Shown: piece by piece, positions 58,918-62,841 of the stretch
How the letters are laid out: every line of letters begins with the position of its first letter
How positions within the stretch are numbered: position 1 is the stretch's first letter
Assembly: GCA_037441365.1 (NCBI GenBank)
Contig: JBBISG010000004.1
Coordinates: forward strand, 1 to 62,841
Direction: 5' to 3'
DNA: 62,841 nucleotides
DNA from: Nitrospirota bacterium
GTDB lineage: Bacteria > Nitrospirota > Thermodesulfovibrionia > Thermodesulfovibrionales > UBA9159
The notes under the pieces: model-generated
The model's database searches: none
The model's input: the letters and a program-made list of their open reading frames with translations, nothing else
What the model was told of the DNA's origin: nothing
Translations under genes and position numbers: made by a program

Positions 58918-59976
58918 GTGAAAGTAGCAAGGCTTTACAGTTTTAACGATATACGCATAGAAGATGTCCCTGTTCCAAAAATAGGCCCCCGTGATGCACT
59001 GATAAAAACAAAGGCATGCGGAATATGCTCAGGGGATGTGATGCCATGGTATATCGAGAAAAAGGCGCCGCTGGTCCTTGGACATGAGCCTGTCGGAGAG
59101 ATAGTTGAGTTCGGTTCATCACTCCATCACTCCAATACTCCATTCTCTGTTGGCGACCCTGTGTTTGTCCATCACCATGCCCCCTGCATGAGCTGCAAAT
59201 ACTGCAAAAGGGGAGATCATGTGCAGTGTGATACATGGAGGATTACAAAGATAATACCGGGCGGCATCTCCGAATATATACTTATACCAGAAATAAATCT
59301 GAGGAATGATACATTGATTCTTCCAGAAAATATAAGCTATGAAGACGGCACACTAATAGAGCCGACGGCATGCGTTGTAAAGTCTCTAAAAAGGGCAAAT
59401 ATTAAAAAAGGAGACACCATACTCGTTATCGGCCTCGGTGTTATGGGGCAGATGCATATCCTTCTTGCGAGGGAGTTTGGCGCAGAAAGAATAATCGGTA
59501 CTGATGTAATACAATTCAGACTTGAGAGGTCACTTGAGTTTGGCGCTGATCATGTCATTGATGTCTCAAGAGAGGATATAATAGAAAGGGTCAGAGACCT
59601 GACAGGTGGATACATGGCTGATATTGTTATTGTCGGGCCAAACAGCGCAGATGCGATGACAACAGGCATACAGTCCGCCTCAAGAGGCGGGACTGTGGTG
59701 CTGTTTACCCCTGCAAAACCTGATGACCTTCTGACAATAAACCCTAATGAGATTTATTTCAGAGATATCAACCTGATAACGAGCTACTCCTGCGGCCCAG
59801 ATGACACCAGAGATGCATTGCGATTTATCCAGAGGGGCCTTATTAATGCAGATAAACTTATCACGCATAGGTTCCCTATAGAAGATACGGAGGCAGCATT
59901 CAGGCTCACGGCTGAGGCGAGGGGTTCACTAAAGGTGATTGTCACCTTCGAACAGGAGGGTACAGGTGGGAATTAA
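58918..59976 (+). CDS. zinc-dependent MDR alcohol/polyol dehydrogenase
   Basis: CGICSGD, GHE, CxxCxxC...C, GLGVMG. Confidence 0.9.
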   Translation: MKVARLYSFNDIRIEDVPVPKIGPRDALIKTKACGICSGDVMPWYIEKKAPLVLGHEPVGEIVEFGSSLHHSNTPFSVGDPVFVHHHAPCMSCKYCKRGDHVQCDTWRITKIIPGGISEYILIPEINLRNDTLILPENISYEDGTLIEPTACVVKSLKRANIKKGDTILVIGLGVMGQMHILLAREFGAERIIGTDVIQFRLERSLEFGADHVIDVSREDIIERVRDLTGGYMADIVIVGPNSADAMTTGIQSASRGGTVVLFTPAKPDDLLTINPNEIYFRDINLITSYSCGPDDTRDALRFIQRGLINADKLITHRFPIEDTEAAFRLTAEARGSLKVIVTFEQEGTGGN

Positions 59977-60424
59977 AAGAGACATCTCATTTTGCAGCAT
60001 AGGGTCTGTAACAGGTAGAAAAAGACCGAACAGGACAGGGTTTTATAAACACCTTGGAAACTTCAGGTGGAGGGGTGTAAGGACGGCTGAATACAAGAAG
60101 CACGCTGACGGCTGGGCAGATGTGGTAAGGATGGTTCTGGTTGGAGATCATAATGCAAGCACAAGGTTTCATCTCAGGTATTTCGAGATAGGGCCTGATG
60201 GATTCAGCAGCCTTGAAAGACACAGACATGAGCATGTTGTGACGTGCATCAGAGGAAATGGCGAAGTTGTTGTCGGCAGGAGAAAATATCGAATGGGGTT
60301 CCTCGACACATTATACATCCCTCCAGACACACCCCATCAGCTCAAAAATCCCTTCGATGAGCCCTTCGGTTTCTTCTGTATTGTGAATGCAAGAAGGGAT
60401 GATCCAGAGGTTTTGAAGTCATGA
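59939..60424 (+). CDS. cupin domain protein
   Basis: LRYFEI, ERHRHEH, PPDTPHQ; start uncertain. Confidence 0.8.
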   Translation: MSPSNRRVQVGIKRDISFCSIGSVTGRKRPNRTGFYKHLGNFRWRGVRTAEYKKHADGWADVVRMVLVGDHNASTRFHLRYFEIGPDGFSSLERHRHEHVVTCIRGNGEVVVGRRKYRMGFLDTLYIPPDTPHQLKNPFDEPFGFFCIVNARRDDPEVLKS

Positions 60425-61200
60425 TACAGTATCCGAACATCAACCCTGAGATTGTAAGAATCGGGCCATTTGCAGTCAGATGGTATGGAGTAATGTATCT
60501 CCTCGGGTTTGCATCATCCTACCTGTTAGTGAAATACCAGATAAAGAAGAAAGGGCTGAATCTCGGCAGGGATTTTGTAGCATCTCTTTATTCGTATATT
60601 ATACTCGGTCTATTAGCAGGTGCGAGATTGGGCTATGTGGTCTTTTACAATATCTCTTACTATATACAGCATCCCCTCGAGGTTTTTGCTGTCTGGCATG
60701 GAGGGATGTCCTTTCACGGAGGATTAATCGGGAGCATTGTTGCTGGTATTGTCTTTTGTAAAAAATACAGGATCGACTTCTGGTTGGTATCAGACCTCGT
60801 CATTGTCACCGCACCGATCGGCCTCGGTCTCGGAAGGATCGGAAATTTCATAAACAGCGAGCTCTACGGAAGGGCTACCAATGTCCCCTGGGGTATGATC
60901 TTCCCATCTGGAGGTCCTTTGCCAAGACATCCGTCGCAGAAATACGAATTTCTTCTTGAGGGTGTAACCCTTTTTGGTATCCTCTGGTCTCTCAAGAATA
61001 AAAATCTGAAGGCAGGCATTATAAGCTCACTGTTTCTTGTCTTATACGGCCTGTTCAGATTTATCGTTGAGTTTTTCCGGGAGCCTGACTTTCAGCTCGG
61101 ATTCATCCTCGGCCCTTTTACGATGGGCCAGATGCTGAGCGCTGGCATGATTGTCTCTGGCGCTGCGATTCTGCTTTATAAGAAATACACAGCTCCATAA
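60421..61200 (+). CDS. lgt: prolipoprotein diacylglyceryl transferase
   Basis: RWYG, GARLGY, GGMSFHGG, GRIGNFIN, HPSQ.YE, EFFREPD. Confidence 0.95.
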   Translation: MIQYPNINPEIVRIGPFAVRWYGVMYLLGFASSYLLVKYQIKKKGLNLGRDFVASLYSYIILGLLAGARLGYVVFYNISYYIQHPLEVFAVWHGGMSFHGGLIGSIVAGIVFCKKYRIDFWLVSDLVIVTAPIGLGLGRIGNFINSELYGRATNVPWGMIFPSGGPLPRHPSQKYEFLLEGVTLFGILWSLKNKNLKAGIISSLFLVLYGLFRFIVEFFREPDFQLGFILGPFTMGQMLSAGMIVSGAAILLYKKYTAP

Positions 61201-61238
61201 GATACAAACCAAAAAGTTTGATTATTTTTATTATTCCC

Positions 61239-62657
61239 CTATGTCGTCAGGGTCTTCAGCACCCTCAATCTTCTGGGATGTTTGAGTTTCCTCAATGCCT
61301 TCGCCTCTATCTGACGAACCCTTTCCCTCGTTATCGAGAGATACCTTCCCACCTCTTCGAGGGTGTGGTCTCTCTCAGCGCCGATCCCGAATCTCATTCT
61401 GATAACCTTTTCTTCTTTGGGGGTCAGCGTCCTTAAAACCCGCTGTATCTGCTCTGACATCTCGATCCTCTCAGCGTCTGAGTATGGTGAAGGGCTATTC
61501 TTATCTCCTATGAAATCTTCCAACTCCGTATCTTCATCTCCTACAGGGGTTTGAAGCGCAATAGGGTCCTGTATCGCCCTGAAGACCTCTTCTACCTTTC
61601 TGGTAGGAACACCCAGTTTCTGAGCAATCTCTTCATTGCTTGGTTCCCTGCCTATCTGCTGCGTCAATTCACGTGATGCCTTTGTCACCCTGTTATAAAA
61701 TTCCATCATATGAACAGGAACCCTGATCGTTTTTGTCTGGTCAATGAGGGCCCTTGTAATCGCCTGTCTTATCCACCAAGTGGCATAGGTAGAAAATTTG
61801 AAACCTTTTTCGTATTTGAATTTATCAACTGCCTTCATCAGGCCAATATTGCCTTCCTGAATAAGGTCAAGCAATGGAAGTCCCCTTCCCACATAGTTCT
61901 TTGCAATATTAACCACCAGTCTGAGATTGCGCGTTATAAGTTCATTCTTTGCCTCTGTAACAAGGGCCCTTGCCTTGGAGATACGCTCATACATACCCTT
62001 TAGTTCATTGATCTTTACACCAGCCTCTGCCTCTACCCTCTTATACACCTGCTGCACCTCTCTGGCCAGCGCCTCGAGCTTTTCCGTCTTATTACCCTTC
62101 TTTTTCTTTTCAGTGATGATATTCTTCAAATCTTTTATAGAACCAAACCGTCTGATACTCTTTTCAGCCTCTTCCACAGCCCTCATCAAATCTTCGAGCA
62201 TGGAGATAGCCTTCATAAGGGCTTCATCTGAGCGGTCCTCCTCACGTGAAATTTCCTCATCTCCGTCGAGACTCGCCTCAATCTTTTTATAAAGCGGCAG
62301 GCTTGTGATGATACCCTTTATTATCTCCTTTCCCTCCTCGAGTCTCTTGGCCAGCTCGGTTTCCTCATCTTTGGTCAATATGGATATATCCCCCATCGAA
62401 TGGAAATATGCCTGTACCAGATCCTCTGTCTTTTCATACTCCTCGATCTCCTCTTCTTCTATCTCTTCCTCAGGCGGCAAGGCTTCCTCATAATCAACTA
62501 CCTTTACACCCATATCCTGAAGAAGATCCATAAGATCTTCTATTTCATCAGGAGAGAAAAACTCAGAAGGAAGGGCGTCATTTATCTCATCATAAGTAAG
62601 AACTCCCCGTCTCTTACCCATGTCTATTATCTCTTCAAATATGTCTCTCTCTCTCAT
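61239..62657 (-). CDS. RpoD-like sigma70 factor
   Basis: Region 1.1, NLRLVV, DLIQEGNIGL, STYATWWIRQAI, TRERVRQIE. Confidence 0.93.
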   Translation of the reverse strand: MRERDIFEEIIDMGKRRGVLTYDEINDALPSEFFSPDEIEDLMDLLQDMGVKVVDYEEALPPEEEIEEEEIEEYEKTEDLVQAYFHSMGDISILTKDEETELAKRLEEGKEIIKGIITSLPLYKKIEASLDGDEEISREEDRSDEALMKAISMLEDLMRAVEEAEKSIRRFGSIKDLKNIITEKKKKGNKTEKLEALAREVQQVYKRVEAEAGVKINELKGMYERISKARALVTEAKNELITRNLRLVVNIAKNYVGRGLPLLDLIQEGNIGLMKAVDKFKYEKGFKFSTYATWWIRQAITRALIDQTKTIRVPVHMMEFYNRVTKASRELTQQIGREPSNEEIAQKLGVPTRKVEEVFRAIQDPIALQTPVGDEDTELEDFIGDKNSPSPYSDAERIEMSEQIQRVLRTLTPKEEKVIRMRFGIGAERDHTLEEVGRYLSITRERVRQIEAKALRKLKHPRRLRVLKTLTT

Positions 62658-62684
62658 CTTTACTCCTTAAACTCTAAAGCATAC

Positions 62685-62714
62685 AAAAAGGGCCTTATTC
62701 ATTTACAAGGCCCT
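62685..62714 (-). terminator. rho-independent terminator after 23S rRNA
   Basis: Minus strand AGGGCCTT...AAGGCCCT-TTTT. Confidence 0.6.
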
Positions 62715-62746
62715 GGTTCTTCCTTGACAACAGAAGGGAATAGATA

Positions 62747-62841
62747 AGGGTCAAGCCTCACGGTCTATTAGTACTGGTCAGCTCAATGCATTGCTGCACT
62801 TACACCTCCAGCCTATCGACGTGGTGGTCTACCACGGACCT
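62747..62841 (-). rRNA. rrl: 23S rRNA, 3' end (partial)
   Basis: GGTCAAGCCTCACGG...ATTAGTACTGGTCAGCTCAA...TTACACCTCCAGCCTATC is the reverse complement of the 23S 3' end. Confidence 0.93.

Noticed and set aside
60928..60948. Lgt HPSQKYE instead of HPSQLYE
   Set aside because: A single substitution with the other motifs intact; too weak to interpret.

Overview
Bacterial chromosomal window. The gene set and style suggest Nitrospirota/Thermodesulfovibrionia, but this is an inference. Most of it is housekeeping: der, split transketolase, ftsEX-envC-ctpA, purF, tRNA-Glu and tRNA-Lys, tsaC, rfbACB, trpS, lipA, csp, larC, purA, serA, degP/Q, ispDF, mnmG-rsmG, lgt, an RpoD-like sigma factor and the 3' end of 23S rRNA. 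The main accessory block is a ~12 kb type III-A CRISPR-Cas locus (21.6-33.6 kb) with no array in the window. It encodes an NE0113-type CARF protein with an OmpR-like winged-helix tail, an RHH/VapC pair with the toxin frameshifted, two nucleotidyltransferase + small-partner modules, cas10-csm2 (Zn-ribbon)-csm3-csm4, a 16-codon probable csm5 deletion scar, a Card1/Can2-like effector, a Csx3/Crn3 ring nuclease, a SHOCT/cas1 deletion junction, a divergent cas1, cas2 and cas6. The best novel signal is a pair of 19-bp perfect palindromes (AAAYATTTC-W-GAAATRTTT). Each lies 6 bp upstream of the predicted -35 box, one before the CARF-wHTH gene and one before the cas10 operon. This suggests a cyclic-oligoadenylate-responsive transcriptional circuit. 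Other notable items are a beta-propeller (CxxCH)/permease/NosL/DUF4418/TPR operon, a dispersed ~36-bp REP-like palindrome that enters coding sequence, a probable CTG start for larC, and a 23S gene followed by a terminator with no 5S gene.
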